IMG/VR virus record: IMGVR_UViG_3300009709_000002
Span: 64,001 to 128,000 of that record
Origin: a virus
Taxonomy: Duplodnaviria > Heunggongvirae > Uroviricota > Caudoviricetes
Length of the DNA: 64,000 nucleotides
Reading direction: 5' to 3' (one strand)
Every line of letters begins with the position of its first letter. Position 1 is the first letter of the stretch. This document shows, piece by piece, positions 48,798-59,100 of the stretch. The notes under the pieces are model-generated. The model ran no database searches and was not told the origin of the DNA. It was given only the letters and a program-made list of their open reading frames with translations. The translations under genes and the position numbers were made by a program.

Positions 48798-49277
48798 TTA
48801 TTCACTTTTATCGGCTGGTGGCGCACCGTTTGAGCCAAGCGAGCGGCCGAATGGTCTGTAGATGTAGAGGTAGGTGGAGGATCGAATTTGCTCCTCACAG
48901 CGAACGTCATACACCTGGCACACATCTTCAAAGTACATTCTAGCGTCGTCAGAGTTTGTGAATAGACGACGAAGCGTGACGTGCTTGTCAGGATCAATAG
49001 GTGAGACGCCAAAATCTGAAGCGTTGATTTCCATCTCTTGATCACGATCTGCTCTGATGAGGTGCAGAATGATGGACGAGTCTGGATCATCTTCATCCAT
49101 TCGATGAGAAACGTAGTTGAATTCGAACAAAGTAGGGCGATACGAATAGGTACCGTCAAGAATCAAACTAATGGTCTGGCCTGGCACCAAATCGAGTAAT
49201 TCTTCCCTAGATATGCCACGGTCGGCGGTTACTTTCTTCAAAAAGTCATAAAATTGTGGATATTCTGATGTGCTCAT
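48798..49277 (-). CDS. Hypothetical protein
   Basis: 159 aa on the coding strand. Confidence 0.55.
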   Translation of the reverse strand: MSTSEYPQFYDFLKKVTADRGISREELLDLVPGQTISLILDGTYSYRPTLFEFNYVSHRMDEDDPDSSIILHLIRADRDQEMEINASDFGVSPIDPDKHVTLRRLFTNSDDARMYFEDVCQVYDVRCEEQIRSSTYLYIYRPFGRSLGSNGAPPADKSE

Positions 49278-49333
49278 AGTGTCTCATTTAGAGCTGGGAG
49301 TCAGTTCTCCCAGCGTACATCTCTTATGAGTAT

Positions 49334-51049
49334 TTAATCAAAGAACAAGCGATCAGTAAACCACTTGGGCAGATTATGCTTCCACTGACTGTAGAAGTAT
49401 GGGAACGACGCGTCGAGCAGGTAGGTCACCGACTCATCAGACTCATGGCGTGTAGAGCGGCCAGAAGCTTGCATGATGTGCACCCACGTCTTATTGACAT
49501 ACCACTCACGATCAATCTCTGACTTTTTCTTGACGAGAGGATCCATCAAGCTAGCCCATGGAAATTTCAGAATGATCTGAAAGACAGAAAGATCGTCATA
49601 CAAGTCGACACCTTCCATCATTGACGGAGAAAGCAGCACAGAGCCTTTGATATTTCCAGACTCATGAAGCTTCAACATGTCATCATTTTTCATCTTCTTG
49701 GCGTAACCAGCCTTACCAGACACCGCATGGTCAATGGCGTACATGTCACGACAAATGAGACGTGACTTCACCTCATGAGGAACTCTGCGATAGATTTCAT
49801 CCTGAAGCTTGTACGTTGCACAGTGAATGATACCTCGTTCACCCTTGTGGCTAGACAAAATGTCAGTGATTACACCAGGAATCTTCTGAAGAGTTTGAGG
49901 CTGGTCATTGTACCCCATCTTCAACTTCGGAAGCACCAGAATCGGTGACTTCTGAGGTTCAAATGGCGAATCTGTCTCAATGTAGAGGCATTTTTCTTGT
50001 GGAATGCCTAGTTCATGACAGAAAGCGCTCTTCGTGCCAGGCGTTGCTGACATGAAGACGAACTTATCGGCCATCTTATGCAGATACTCGTAGAACAAGA
50101 AGTTGCCGTAGAGCGGAGACAGCGTGACGGTGTTCTTCTCTACATCTGAGTGGATGAACCAACGAGCTTCCAGCTGTTCCAACGTCTCGTGAGTGTTGAA
50201 AAATATCTTGATCGGTTGAAGCGCTTTGTCGAGATTGTAGATCTTCGCGTTGAGCTTCTGCACCTTGTCAGCCACCTTGTCAGAGAATGACTTGGCCCAC
50301 TCACCTAGATTGCCTGAGATCTGAGGAAATTCTGTCTCAAGCTTCTTAGCGTAGTATTCTTGACGTTCGAGCAAAGCATCACGAAGTTCGACAATTCGCT
50401 GGTAGTCCTCGATAAAAATACCTGTGAAGACAATATGGCTGGTCGCGCAACCAAATTCTTCATGCAAGTATTTTGGATCGATGGTCGACTCAGCGAATTG
50501 TCGAAGATGCCCCTCGAGATTGTGCGCTTCGTCGATGATCATGACGGTGCGCTTTTTCCACTCATTTTCAGCTTCGTCTACATCCTTACCAAACCCGCAG
50601 TGCGTGGAATAGAGGAAGTACATCGGGTTGGTAATCATCGACTGTGATTCCAACGCCTTCTTCTTTTGGTTGTAGTACGAACAGATGCTATTCCGCTTAC
50701 ACTGAATTGCAAGCTCTGGCGCAGCCGTACACGGAGCAGCGTCAACCGTGAACGCCGGATTGATGTTACACTGGTAGTTGCCTCGACCTTTGAGGTTTAC
50801 CAATGCGGTCCAGCTCTTCTCATATTGTTCTTGGAGCTGGATTGTAGAGGTGAGGAAGTATGCGTTGAAGGAGACGCCACCGATAGATTCACCGATGAGC
50901 GTCTTACCAACACCAGTGGGACAGTTGAGAATGAAATAATCAAACTTGTCCCAGTTCGCTTCGACCGTGTTTAGTACTTGTTGTTGTTGAGGGCGCGGTT
51001 CCTTGTCAGGAGCGAGATCCTTGAAGAACTTTAGCGGGTGTTGATCCAT
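49334..51049 (-). CDS. DinG/Rad3-like SF2 helicase
   Basis: PTGVGKT, KGRGNYQC with further Cys, DEAH, SAT, EGVD, QASGRSTRH. Confidence 0.9.
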   Translation of the reverse strand: MDQHPLKFFKDLAPDKEPRPQQQQVLNTVEANWDKFDYFILNCPTGVGKTLIGESIGGVSFNAYFLTSTIQLQEQYEKSWTALVNLKGRGNYQCNINPAFTVDAAPCTAAPELAIQCKRNSICSYYNQKKKALESQSMITNPMYFLYSTHCGFGKDVDEAENEWKKRTVMIIDEAHNLEGHLRQFAESTIDPKYLHEEFGCATSHIVFTGIFIEDYQRIVELRDALLERQEYYAKKLETEFPQISGNLGEWAKSFSDKVADKVQKLNAKIYNLDKALQPIKIFFNTHETLEQLEARWFIHSDVEKNTVTLSPLYGNFLFYEYLHKMADKFVFMSATPGTKSAFCHELGIPQEKCLYIETDSPFEPQKSPILVLPKLKMGYNDQPQTLQKIPGVITDILSSHKGERGIIHCATYKLQDEIYRRVPHEVKSRLICRDMYAIDHAVSGKAGYAKKMKNDDMLKLHESGNIKGSVLLSPSMMEGVDLYDDLSVFQIILKFPWASLMDPLVKKKSEIDREWYVNKTWVHIMQASGRSTRHESDESVTYLLDASFPYFYSQWKHNLPKWFTDRLFFD

Positions 51050-51737
51050 CCAAACTCCGAGTTAATTGGTAGTAGGATGCATTATATTCGTTTTTCTCAT
51101 ACTTGGATATTTTACCAATCAACTCACGCTTGAACGGTGAGTTCATGCTAAACAGCTCTTTCTTGATCGACGGTGTGAGCTCAACAAGCTTGCTGTTTGA
51201 GAGATCATAATTGAAAGCGCCTTTCGGCTGCTTTTTCATGAACGTCTCAACGACAGTTACTTCCACCGTGTCGACAGCTGGCATGAAATCTTGATAGATT
51301 GATGCCCCACCAGCGATGTAGACGATTTGATCAGCTTTTGGCTTCACATAGTCATCGATGAAATCAAGCAGCCGGTCACGCATCGACCGATCCATGTCTT
51401 CAGGAGCGATTGCTTTATACTGGAAGCTATTAGCGACGGTGACGTTGCTCAAATCAACGCCGCCTTGTCTCGCCAGATCTTCCATCTTCAAAAGCAAACC
51501 AACTTTCCCGTCACGCGTGTAGTCAGCAACAACTACAACCTTTCTACCTGGAAAGATTGTTGGACGTGGGTAATGCTTCAGAATGCCGGCGAATGTACGG
51601 TAACCCATCAAGAGCACGTGACCTGTAGTCAGTTCTTTGAACCGCTTCATGTCCGTGCTCATTTTCCATGGAATGTAGTCTTCTTTACCAACTACATGGT
51701 CATCCGTACACGCCAAAATAGCGTGTACTTTTGTCAT
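51006..51737 (-). CDS. Dihydrofolate reductase (with insertions)
   Basis: VVG..IPWKMSTDMKRFKELTTGH..MGYRTF..PGRK..YIAGGASIY. Confidence 0.9.
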   Translation of the reverse strand: MTKVHAILACTDDHVVGKEDYIPWKMSTDMKRFKELTTGHVLLMGYRTFAGILKHYPRPTIFPGRKVVVVADYTRDGKVGLLLKMEDLARQGGVDLSNVTVANSFQYKAIAPEDMDRSMRDRLLDFIDDYVKPKADQIVYIAGGASIYQDFMPAVDTVEVTVVETFMKKQPKGAFNYDLSNSKLVELTPSIKKELFSMNSPFKRELIGKISKYEKNEYNASYYQLTRSLDGSTPAKVLQGSRS

Positions 51738-52210
51738 TTCTTCTCTACTCTCTTTTCTTGCCTGGTAAGTTGATCTTCCAGATTGTTAAACACACCAGCT
51801 AAAGCGATCAACGTGTGACGGTTATCGACTTCATTGATCCATGCACCCTTAGCGGAGTGATTAGCTTCAACGCGATACTTCTCGACGTTGATAACAAATG
51901 ACTCTAGCTGCTGACGAAGGGACTTTACTTCAAACCCCAGCGCGTTATACCGCTTGAACAAAGCGATCGCAGCAACATCAACCCCACTAAGTATTTGCTC
52001 AGCATCGCTGGATAGCTTGGTGCACTGCTCATACTTCTCATGCAACTCTCGTGGCAGAACTGTCATTTCTTGACCGAGAGAAGTAGCAATGATCCAACTC
52101 ATTACACACTTCCCTGGGTTTTGCCAGTCTTGCTTTTCACCTGTCAGGATTCCCCAGAATGCAATGGAAATCCGACAGGCCGAGATGATTTCATTCGTCT
52201 CGATGTACAT
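51734..52210 (-). CDS. Hypothetical protein
   Basis: 158 aa, ATGA coupling to DHFR. Confidence 0.6.
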   Translation of the reverse strand: MYIETNEIISACRISIAFWGILTGEKQDWQNPGKCVMSWIIATSLGQEMTVLPRELHEKYEQCTKLSSDAEQILSGVDVAAIALFKRYNALGFEVKSLRQQLESFVINVEKYRVEANHSAKGAWINEVDNRHTLIALAGVFNNLEDQLTRQEKRVEKK

Positions 52211-52213
52211 ACT

Positions 52214-54562
52214 TTACAGTTTGTCTTGAACCATCAGTTGGGCTTGTTCATCTTCAGCCGTGAAGGTACCTACTCCTTCACTTGCCATTTTCGCCTTCAC
52301 CTCGAGACGGAGCTGCGAAATCCAGCCTTTCGCGTCGAGGTTCATGTCCATCAGCACCGACTGCTTCTTCACGACGGCGAAATCACCAGGCGTGAGGTAG
52401 CGAATCATCGCCAGATCGGTTTCGATGTCGTCGGCTTCAGCCTGCGAAAGATTCGCGAGAATGATGCCAGATTCGTTTTCGAACATCTTGACACGTTGCT
52501 TGATCGTCAGCTCCTGGAAGTTCAGCTTGAACGTGAAGCGGCGGAGAGCAGCAGCGTCGAGCTTATCCATCAAGTTGGTTGCGCAGATGAAAATACCGTT
52601 GTGGTTTTCCATTTGCTGCAGCAGCTCATTGACCTGAGTCACTTCCCAGCTGTGACGCGAGAGGCGACGATCACGAAGGAATGAATCACCTTCGTCAAAG
52701 AACAGAATGCCGCCTTCATCGCGAGCTTCACGGAAAGCAGCAGCGATATTTTGCTCTGCTTCGCCAACGTACTTGCTCAGAAGGTCGGAGGCCCGCTTCT
52801 TGATCAGCGGCAGGTCCAGCTGCACGGCGAGATACTCGGCGAAGGCCGTCTTACCGGTGCCAGGAGGACCGTACATGCACAGCGAGAGATACGGACGCTT
52901 CTTGAGAGCCTCGATAATGTCCTTCAGCGGGAAGCGCGATTCCAGGTTGATCATGTCCAGATCATACGTGGTAGCTGATTCACGCAGCTCTTCGACCTTC
53001 GTGCGACCGAGAGCCTTCTGGCTGTGTTCGATGGCATGCTTCAGCAGCTCATCATTGGCATTCGGCGAACTTGAATCCGCGGCGATCAGCTTGGCCAAGC
53101 GAGCGGCCGAGACGATCTGCTCCTTGCCAAGCTCAGCGTGCTTCGACAGATTCGAGATCATCGATTCGCTGATGCCGAGATCGGACGCGTGGGTTTGCAC
53201 CTCACGCTTACGATCGGCACGAGAGCCGCCCTTCAGCTCGACGTGGTACAGGAAGCGGCCGACGTTTTCGACGGCGATCGACGACGGAGACGAGGTAAGC
53301 CAGAGAGTAGCCACCGGATTTTCCAGCATCAAGCGCTCGTCGGAGTCGAGCTCGTCGGAGTCGATCTCCTTGCCACCACGATCCTCGCCAAAGAGGCTCA
53401 TCATCCACGACGGAGTTGACGATGACTTGCTCAGCGCCGCGGCTGTGTTGGTGATGATGAGAACGTCTTCCTTGTGGTGGAGATGCAGCCAGCGCTGTGC
53501 GATGAAGCAGATCGCCGGGACGTCGGAATTGCGAGTCCCTTGCGTCTTGATCGACCAGCCCTTCAGCTTGCTTTCTTCAAGGAAGTCAGCGAGGAAACCG
53601 ATCTTGTCCAGCTTGGACGAACCATGAACGAGGACGTTCAGGCCAGGTTCACGCGGCAAGAAAACGATCGACGTGAGGATGTCTTTTTCCTTGTCGCCGA
53701 GACGAGCCAGGCTACCTGCAGCACGTTTCTTCTTGATCGGTTCGACGAAACGGCCGAAGAAATCGTCGGCGGTCTTGGCAGTTTGCCCGATCGCCATCGT
53801 CCAGAACTCGCCGAGCGGCGCCAGGCGTTTCGTGCGTTGGTCGAAGTGGACCAGGCCGGAAGTGATGAGGAGAGATTTTTCAGACAGAGCATCGCGAGCT
53901 TCCTTCTCGGCAATGGAGTCTGATTGAATCATGACGACGTAAGCGTGCTCGATCTGAGCCGGACGCTTGATCATCTGGAAAAAGCTTTGCAGGAAAATCT
54001 GCGCCTCGATGTCTTGCGCGAAGAACGAAATCCGCAACACGGCTTCATCAGCCGGCGTGAGATCGAGCAGCGCCGAGAGTCGGCCCATGTTCTGCATGTA
54101 CGTGAAGCGTTGGCCGGAGAGAATTTCACCTGCCAGCTCAGCCACCTTAGCGACCAGCTTCTCGAAGTAATTTTCCTTCTGGTTTTCTTCCAGCTTCTTC
54201 ATGATCACGCGGTGAGCGATGATCCCAGTGAAGTATGAGCGAGCGTAGTTGGCAGAAACTTCAGCGCCGTATTGACGTTGCAGGTCGGCGACGAGCAGAC
54301 GCAGCTTCTCATGATCTTCCGTCATCTGCGAGTTTGCAGCTTGCATCGCGTCGGCCAGATCACGGCGCAGACCTTCGATGATCGTATCACCATCAGCTGC
54401 GCCAGAAAAGATCACGGGCTCCATGGCAGCAATGAAGAACGTGCCGAACAAATACTCGTCGAGCAGAATGGTCTGCGCGAAGTTTGGTTCATTCAGCGGG
54501 AGCTTCAGCAGCGTCGACGGCATTTCGAGCGAACGCGTGGTGAAGATTTCTGACTTTTCCAT
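52214..54562 (-). CDS. AAA+ ATPase
   Basis: YGPPGTGKT, SKYVGEAEQNI, FFDEGD, ATN..LDAAALRRF; degenerate first AAA module. Confidence 0.9.
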   Translation of the reverse strand: MEKSEIFTTRSLEMPSTLLKLPLNEPNFAQTILLDEYLFGTFFIAAMEPVIFSGAADGDTIIEGLRRDLADAMQAANSQMTEDHEKLRLLVADLQRQYGAEVSANYARSYFTGIIAHRVIMKKLEENQKENYFEKLVAKVAELAGEILSGQRFTYMQNMGRLSALLDLTPADEAVLRISFFAQDIEAQIFLQSFFQMIKRPAQIEHAYVVMIQSDSIAEKEARDALSEKSLLITSGLVHFDQRTKRLAPLGEFWTMAIGQTAKTADDFFGRFVEPIKKKRAAGSLARLGDKEKDILTSIVFLPREPGLNVLVHGSSKLDKIGFLADFLEESKLKGWSIKTQGTRNSDVPAICFIAQRWLHLHHKEDVLIITNTAAALSKSSSTPSWMMSLFGEDRGGKEIDSDELDSDERLMLENPVATLWLTSSPSSIAVENVGRFLYHVELKGGSRADRKREVQTHASDLGISESMISNLSKHAELGKEQIVSAARLAKLIAADSSSPNANDELLKHAIEHSQKALGRTKVEELRESATTYDLDMINLESRFPLKDIIEALKKRPYLSLCMYGPPGTGKTAFAEYLAVQLDLPLIKKRASDLLSKYVGEAEQNIAAAFREARDEGGILFFDEGDSFLRDRRLSRHSWEVTQVNELLQQMENHNGIFICATNLMDKLDAAALRRFTFKLNFQELTIKQRVKMFENESGIILANLSQAEADDIETDLAMIRYLTPGDFAVVKKQSVLMDMNLDAKGWISQLRLEVKAKMASEGVGTFTAEDEQAQLMVQDKL

Positions 54563-54590
54563 GGAGGTCCTTTAGTTGCGTTTATGAATG

Positions 54591-55091
54591 TTAATCACCG
54601 GAATCTATTGACCAGCTGTGTCCACAATCTTTACAACGATAATGCACGTAGCACCGACCACCGCTGGTTGATGACACGTTGTTGTGTTGACAGCCAAATC
54701 GAAAGTACCGAAACTTACCTGGCCAGAAATCACGAGCGATAGCATAACCACCGCTGCGATTTGTCCAGAACATCTCAATCTCAATGCTTTCAACTCGATC
54801 AGCTACTTCTACACCAGGCCGTTTTCCATAGTAGCAAAACGGTGGTGTTTGTGCCGCTAGGGATTCAGGCGTTAGCACATCTCCCAAGCGAACACGAATA
54901 CTACGCTTTTCTGAGTAAAGATAAGCGCCAGGAGAGCCCATGCCCTCACTTTGACGAACCATCCACTGCTCAGATACTTCCATTAACCCTTCTGGGGCTT
55001 CATGCTGCAGGCGTTCATTTGCCCGGTTTGCGTCAAATCTTGCTACTGATTCGGCCTCCAATTTGGCACGCCGATACAGCACGTTAGGCAT
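54591..55091 (-). CDS. Hypothetical protein with C-terminal zinc ribbon
   Basis: CQH..C..CKDCG..DSGD. Confidence 0.6.
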   Translation of the reverse strand: MPNVLYRRAKLEAESVARFDANRANERLQHEAPEGLMEVSEQWMVRQSEGMGSPGAYLYSEKRSIRVRLGDVLTPESLAAQTPPFCYYGKRPGVEVADRVESIEIEMFWTNRSGGYAIARDFWPGKFRYFRFGCQHNNVSSTSGGRCYVHYRCKDCGHSWSIDSGD

Positions 55092-55602
55092 TTATGTATG
55101 CTCCACGCAATTCTTCAACTTTGCGGATAGTCTCGAATACATCACCATCATGCAAGATGCCGTGACCACCCTTGTTAATCCACTGCTCAATGTTCGAGTA
55201 GGTGTCGTCAATCAACACCTTGTTCGGACCAGAGTAGTTCTGCTTTTCACGCTTGGGCACGACAACGGTCTTGTATTCCGGACCAAATTTATCGCGAACC
55301 CAGTGAATCTTTTGCTCACGGGAGCCTTGACGAACCGGCAATCCAGTGAGGAAGTAGGGGTTGAACTGCTTACAGTAAGCCCACAAGATTTCGGCGTCAG
55401 CCATCAACTTGAGGGAATAGAAATAATCAGGCACTGAGTTAACGTGCTTCCACAATTCTTTCGTGCTTACTTCATGCGGCCATTTACCGGTGTCCTCAAA
55501 GAACTTGCCGGAAAAATCAGCGAATACTCCATCCAGATCGAGAGCAAACTCTTCGAACGGATTGTAATCGATGATTATGGGTGTGTAGGAGTGTTTGTTC
55601 AT
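55084..55602 (-). CDS. HAD-superfamily 5'(3')-deoxyribonucleotidase-like
   Basis: DLDGVFADF, LTG, K, LIDD; ATG 6 nt after promoter 55609-55637. Confidence 0.85.
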   Translation of the reverse strand: MNKHSYTPIIIDYNPFEEFALDLDGVFADFSGKFFEDTGKWPHEVSTKELWKHVNSVPDYFYSLKLMADAEILWAYCKQFNPYFLTGLPVRQGSREQKIHWVRDKFGPEYKTVVVPKREKQNYSGPNKVLIDDTYSNIEQWINKGGHGILHDGDVFETIRKVEELRGAYINA

Positions 55603-55682
55603 ATGAGAATTATATCTCATATCATGCAGCAAGTAAATTGTTTTGCAAAAGAAAATGGAGAGCTCAGCGGCTCTCCATTTCT

Positions 55683-56138
55683 TCACATATTCACAAGCTG
55701 CAATTCGCCGGCAAGAATAATCGGCTTTTCGAACATCATTTGCGGAACACCTTCAAGCTTAATAAGCTCGAGGTTTGAGTGATATGCCTTGCGGGTTTCA
55801 CCGTGTGACAAAGTGATGTGGTAGTAGCTGTCAGTGAAGTGACGCGTAGACTGCCCATTCACCGTCACAGAAACAACTTCAAGGTCATCAAACACGGAGT
55901 AACCAACAGCGCGAACATCGAGTGATTTCTCTAATTTCAACGCGCTGATCATACGCTCATAGTGCAACTCTGAGAAACCATGGCAAAACGTGACGTGATG
56001 GCACACAGTCTTTTCAAAAGCTGGTGGAATCGACGTCAAAAGCTTTGCGCGAGTTACCGCATCGAGCACATATGCGAAATAAGTGCCCTTGCGGTAAGCT
56101 TCAGCTCTGATCGGGAGATGCAAGGTTGGCCGGAACAT
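55683..56138 (-). CDS. 2H phosphoesterase (2',3'-cyclic phosphodiesterase-like)
   Basis: HHVT and YHITLS motifs, then SN. Confidence 0.75.
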   Translation of the reverse strand: MFRPTLHLPIRAEAYRKGTYFAYVLDAVTRAKLLTSIPPAFEKTVCHHVTFCHGFSELHYERMISALKLEKSLDVRAVGYSVFDDLEVVSVTVNGQSTRHFTDSYYHITLSHGETRKAYHSNLELIKLEGVPQMMFEKPIILAGELQLVNM

Positions 56139-56571
56139 TTTGTTTCACCGTGAGGTACTTGAGGATGAGCGTATCACGCTGCTCATTGCTCATGTTCACC
56201 TTCTTAACTTTTTTCAGGTTGCGGAATAACACGCGAGCGACGGCTTCGATCTCACGCGAATCTTCGATGATGTTGGTCATCAGCTCGTTGCGAGTTTCCT
56301 TGCTGAAACCTTGGAACAGGTTTTCACCAAGAGCCATCTCAACTCTCTCAACCGACGCACGCAGGTTCGAAAGCAGATCCATCAAGTCGCTAGCCGAAGC
56401 GATCGCTTTTTGGCGAAATTCTTCGGTTTGCGAATTGTCGCCAGGAGCACTTTCATCCTCATCAGACTCCGTGTCCAACGCTTCATCAGATGGCTGATTT
56501 GCTGCTTCATCGGATGTTGCGGGTTTGTGAAGCTCATCATTTTGTTCTACTGCCACGTCAGTCATGATCAA
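56101..56571 (-). CDS. Hypothetical acidic protein
   Basis: AAGGAG SD, promoter 56598-56626. Confidence 0.6.
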   Translation of the reverse strand: MIMTDVAVEQNDELHKPATSDEAANQPSDEALDTESDEDESAPGDNSQTEEFRQKAIASASDLMDLLSNLRASVERVEMALGENLFQGFSKETRNELMTNIIEDSREIEAVARVLFRNLKKVKKVNMSNEQRDTLILKYLTVKQNVPANLASPDQS

Positions 56572-56656
56572 CTACTCCTTTGGTTATCCTAGTGACGATT
56601 TTATCATACATGAGGCCAAAAGTAAATACTAGTGACCTCATGAATGCAAAATTTAC

Positions 56657-56986
56657 TTAGACTTCCTTGATGTGATGCACAACTCCGCGCTCATCTGGCT
56701 TACCCCACTTTCTAGCCTTGACGATCACAAATTTTTGCATAGCTGCATCAAAGAGATTATAGCCGTGCACGTGTGCCTGGTGTGTCATCAGCAGAATGAC
56801 ATCAGCATTTTCCAGAGGATCACCTGGCGCTTCTTCAAGCTCATCCAGCTCATCACGTGTATGTGCAATGCGGCTTGCGTCAGTTGAAGATGGGAATGTC
56901 GTGTCAGACCACGTGCCAGCCATGTGTTGAAACTTAGCCCATAATTCAGAAAGTTGCTTCAATTCTACTTCAGTCAAAACTATCAC
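56657..56986 (-). CDS. DUF550/MazG-like nucleotide pyrophosphohydrolase
   Basis: WSDTTF..H..ELDEL..P.D.LE.ADV..K....ARKW. Confidence 0.75.
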   Translation of the reverse strand: MIVLTEVELKQLSELWAKFQHMAGTWSDTTFPSSTDASRIAHTRDELDELEEAPGDPLENADVILLMTHQAHVHGYNLFDAAMQKFVIVKARKWGKPDERGVVHHIKEV

Positions 56987-57332
56987 CTATGCCATTTTTG
57001 ACGATGTCTTCTATGTCTGAGACCTCGTCGATTATGTCTACTACACCAGAAGCAGTGTCCATCAAGAATTCAGAGACAGCCGAAGCTGCCTCAAACAACG
57101 GCACTGCTCCTGTCAAGATTGCGTCTGTCAACGTCTCATCATGCCGAGGAGGTTCATGGAACGTGATGTCTTTAGCGTAAAACAGCTCATACTGCATTGG
57201 TTCATCACGCTTTGCGCTCTTTGGGCACTTTTTAAAGTTGCACGTGGACGTCTCATATTTGTTAAACCAAAACTTCTCAGTGCATCGTTGGCACTGGTGA
57301 TACTTAAAAAGCTTCTTAATCCAATTGCGCAT
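56970..57332 (-). CDS. Hypothetical protein
   Basis: GGAG SD, Cys-rich N-terminus. Confidence 0.5.
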   Translation of the reverse strand: MRNWIKKLFKYHQCQRCTEKFWFNKYETSTCNFKKCPKSAKRDEPMQYELFYAKDITFHEPPRHDETLTDAILTGAVPLFEAASAVSEFLMDTASGVVDIIDEVSDIEDIVKNGIGDSFD

Positions 57333-57816
57333 TGACGTCTCCTAATCCGTGATACCCAGGCAGCTGACCTGGTTCAAGGACTGGCGCGTCATCGTGGTAG
57401 AGCGCTTGCCCATATGCTCTTTTCAACATGGTGTAAACGTAGCGGTTGTAGCGGTTGTACGTTCTATCGAAGGCAAGATTGTAAATGTCTGCGATGAACA
57501 TTGACACTGCTGCTGAGCGAGAAACCCCCATCTCGCAGTGCACGATTACTTCATCAGCGTCATGCTGATTCTTGGTCAGAAATTGAAGTATTTCAGTGGC
57601 TTGAGCTTTGGTGATGACTTTATGCACACCATCATCCCAGTCAAAGTCATGGAACTTCATGCGTAGCACATCCGTCCATGCACCTGGATGTAACGTAGCT
57701 TCTTTTTGTCCTGGTGAAACGAGCGAGATGAGAGCACGTTTGATGCCATCATCCGTCTTTGGCATCATCTCAGCTTGTCGCTTGGAGATAAAGGTGGTGA
57801 ACTTGATGCTAAACAT
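57316..57816 (-). CDS. Protein-tyrosine-phosphatase-like (CX5R) phosphatase
   Basis: FHD, VHCEMGVSRSAAV. Confidence 0.85.
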   Translation of the reverse strand: MFSIKFTTFISKRQAEMMPKTDDGIKRALISLVSPGQKEATLHPGAWTDVLRMKFHDFDWDDGVHKVITKAQATEILQFLTKNQHDADEVIVHCEMGVSRSAAVSMFIADIYNLAFDRTYNRYNRYVYTMLKRAYGQALYHDDAPVLEPGQLPGYHGLGDVNAQLD

Positions 57817-58409
57817 AGCTCTTCTACTATTCTTCTACGGTACTCATCATACCATTCTGGTTTTGGTCTTACTTTCCACTTCGCAAATTCATGCTTTGCG
57901 CCAACGTAGAATCTCTTGTAAGATTCAACTATATCGCCGTTGATCTTATACTTATCAGGCATCGCCGCTGGCGGATCAACAAAAACGAGACGTGGAATAT
58001 TCTTTGGTGGTGAGGCGAGAAAATCTATCAACTTTGAACATGCATGAACTCGACCGTAGCGATAGGTGTATTCTTTCAACAACTCAAGAAACAACTGATA
58101 GAGCCAGTTATAGTTTGAGCTTGATTGACGCACCCAAAGATTTAGAGGAACGTTAGGATGAGTTGCTCTATAACAAAGCAACCCTGAAAGATCACTATCG
58201 TCAACCGGAGTAGGTTCACCCGGAAGCTGCCAGTGCTTCTTAAAACGTCCCTCTCGCTTAGTGCTAGGAATGAGAATGAGCTTTCCATCTAAGATACGAT
58301 GTGCGGTGGACAATAGCTGAGCGGTCTCCGTCACCATCTTGACGACATGCTTATCCAAGTGCCATTGAGCTGCTTGGCGAGGATCATAACTCAGAAAGAA
58401 TATGTTCAC
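57765..58409 (-). CDS. Pyrimidine-dimer DNA glycosylase-like protein
   Basis: NIFFL..AAQWHLDKHVVKM..AQLLSTAH..EYTYRYGRVH..AMPD; promoter 58439-58467. Confidence 0.75.
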   Translation of the reverse strand: MNIFFLSYDPRQAAQWHLDKHVVKMVTETAQLLSTAHRILDGKLILIPSTKREGRFKKHWQLPGEPTPVDDSDLSGLLCYRATHPNVPLNLWVRQSSSNYNWLYQLFLELLKEYTYRYGRVHACSKLIDFLASPPKNIPRLVFVDPPAAMPDKYKINGDIVESYKRFYVGAKHEFAKWKVRPKPEWYDEYRRRIVEELCLASSSPPLSPSDKLR

Positions 58410-58476
58410 GACACATCTCAACACCATTCAATAGTTGGATTATATTACACTTGTTATTGAATGTAAATTGAAATGC

Positions 58477-59100
58477 TTATCTATTTGAGAAAATTTGCTC
58501 GATTTGATTCCTGATTGCTGGCCACTGGTGAGAATATTTTGTGTCAAAGTAAAAATCAACAAGCTCACGATAACGCCAAGACACCATAGTGGCATCTTCA
58601 TGATTGAAATTTAGCTTATTGATTCGTAGCTCATGGACGATTTCCGCAGCGAACGCTTCTAGCTCAAATGGATCGGTCATGTATTCTTCAATAGTTGACT
58701 CGGTATCTGAGCCATAGAATAAAGCACGAGTGGTGCTGAACTGCTCACGGTGAGTTAGCTCATGCGCGATAATTCCTTGCAGCCCTAGGTAGACATCTTC
58801 TTTGTCTTGACCATAGAATTTCTTCAGAAATGTGCGATACAGATAGATGGTGATCATTCCGGTGACGGAACATTCAGCTTGATAGATACCAAACTCGCCA
58901 TAGCATGTTGACGATGATGGTTCTTTGGTGATGACGAATTCAATGTCTTCATCGAGAAAAACACTGTTGAGATCCGCTGCTAAGTTCTTGAGGGTCTTAT
59001 GATCATGAACTAATCTGCAACGTTTTACTACAAATCCGTCTGAAAGGTCTTTTCTTCTACATTTAAGAAGCTTAGTCAGAGAAACTTGGCTCACATGCAA
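58477..59100 (-). CDS. HExxH zincin-like protein
   Basis: AHELTHREQ..Y..ELEAFA. Confidence 0.65.
   Translation of the reverse strand: MHVSQVSLTKLLKCRRKDLSDGFVVKRCRLVHDHKTLKNLAADLNSVFLDEDIEFVITKEPSSSTCYGEFGIYQAECSVTGMITIYLYRTFLKKFYGQDKEDVYLGLQGIIAHELTHREQFSTTRALFYGSDTESTIEEYMTDPFELEAFAAEIVHELRINKLNFNHEDATMVSWRYRELVDFYFDTKYSHQWPAIRNQIEQIFSNR

Noticed and set aside
52040-54575. Long + strand ORFs opposite the AAA+ gene
   Set aside because: Antisense shadows of a GC-rich gene with no motifs or SD.
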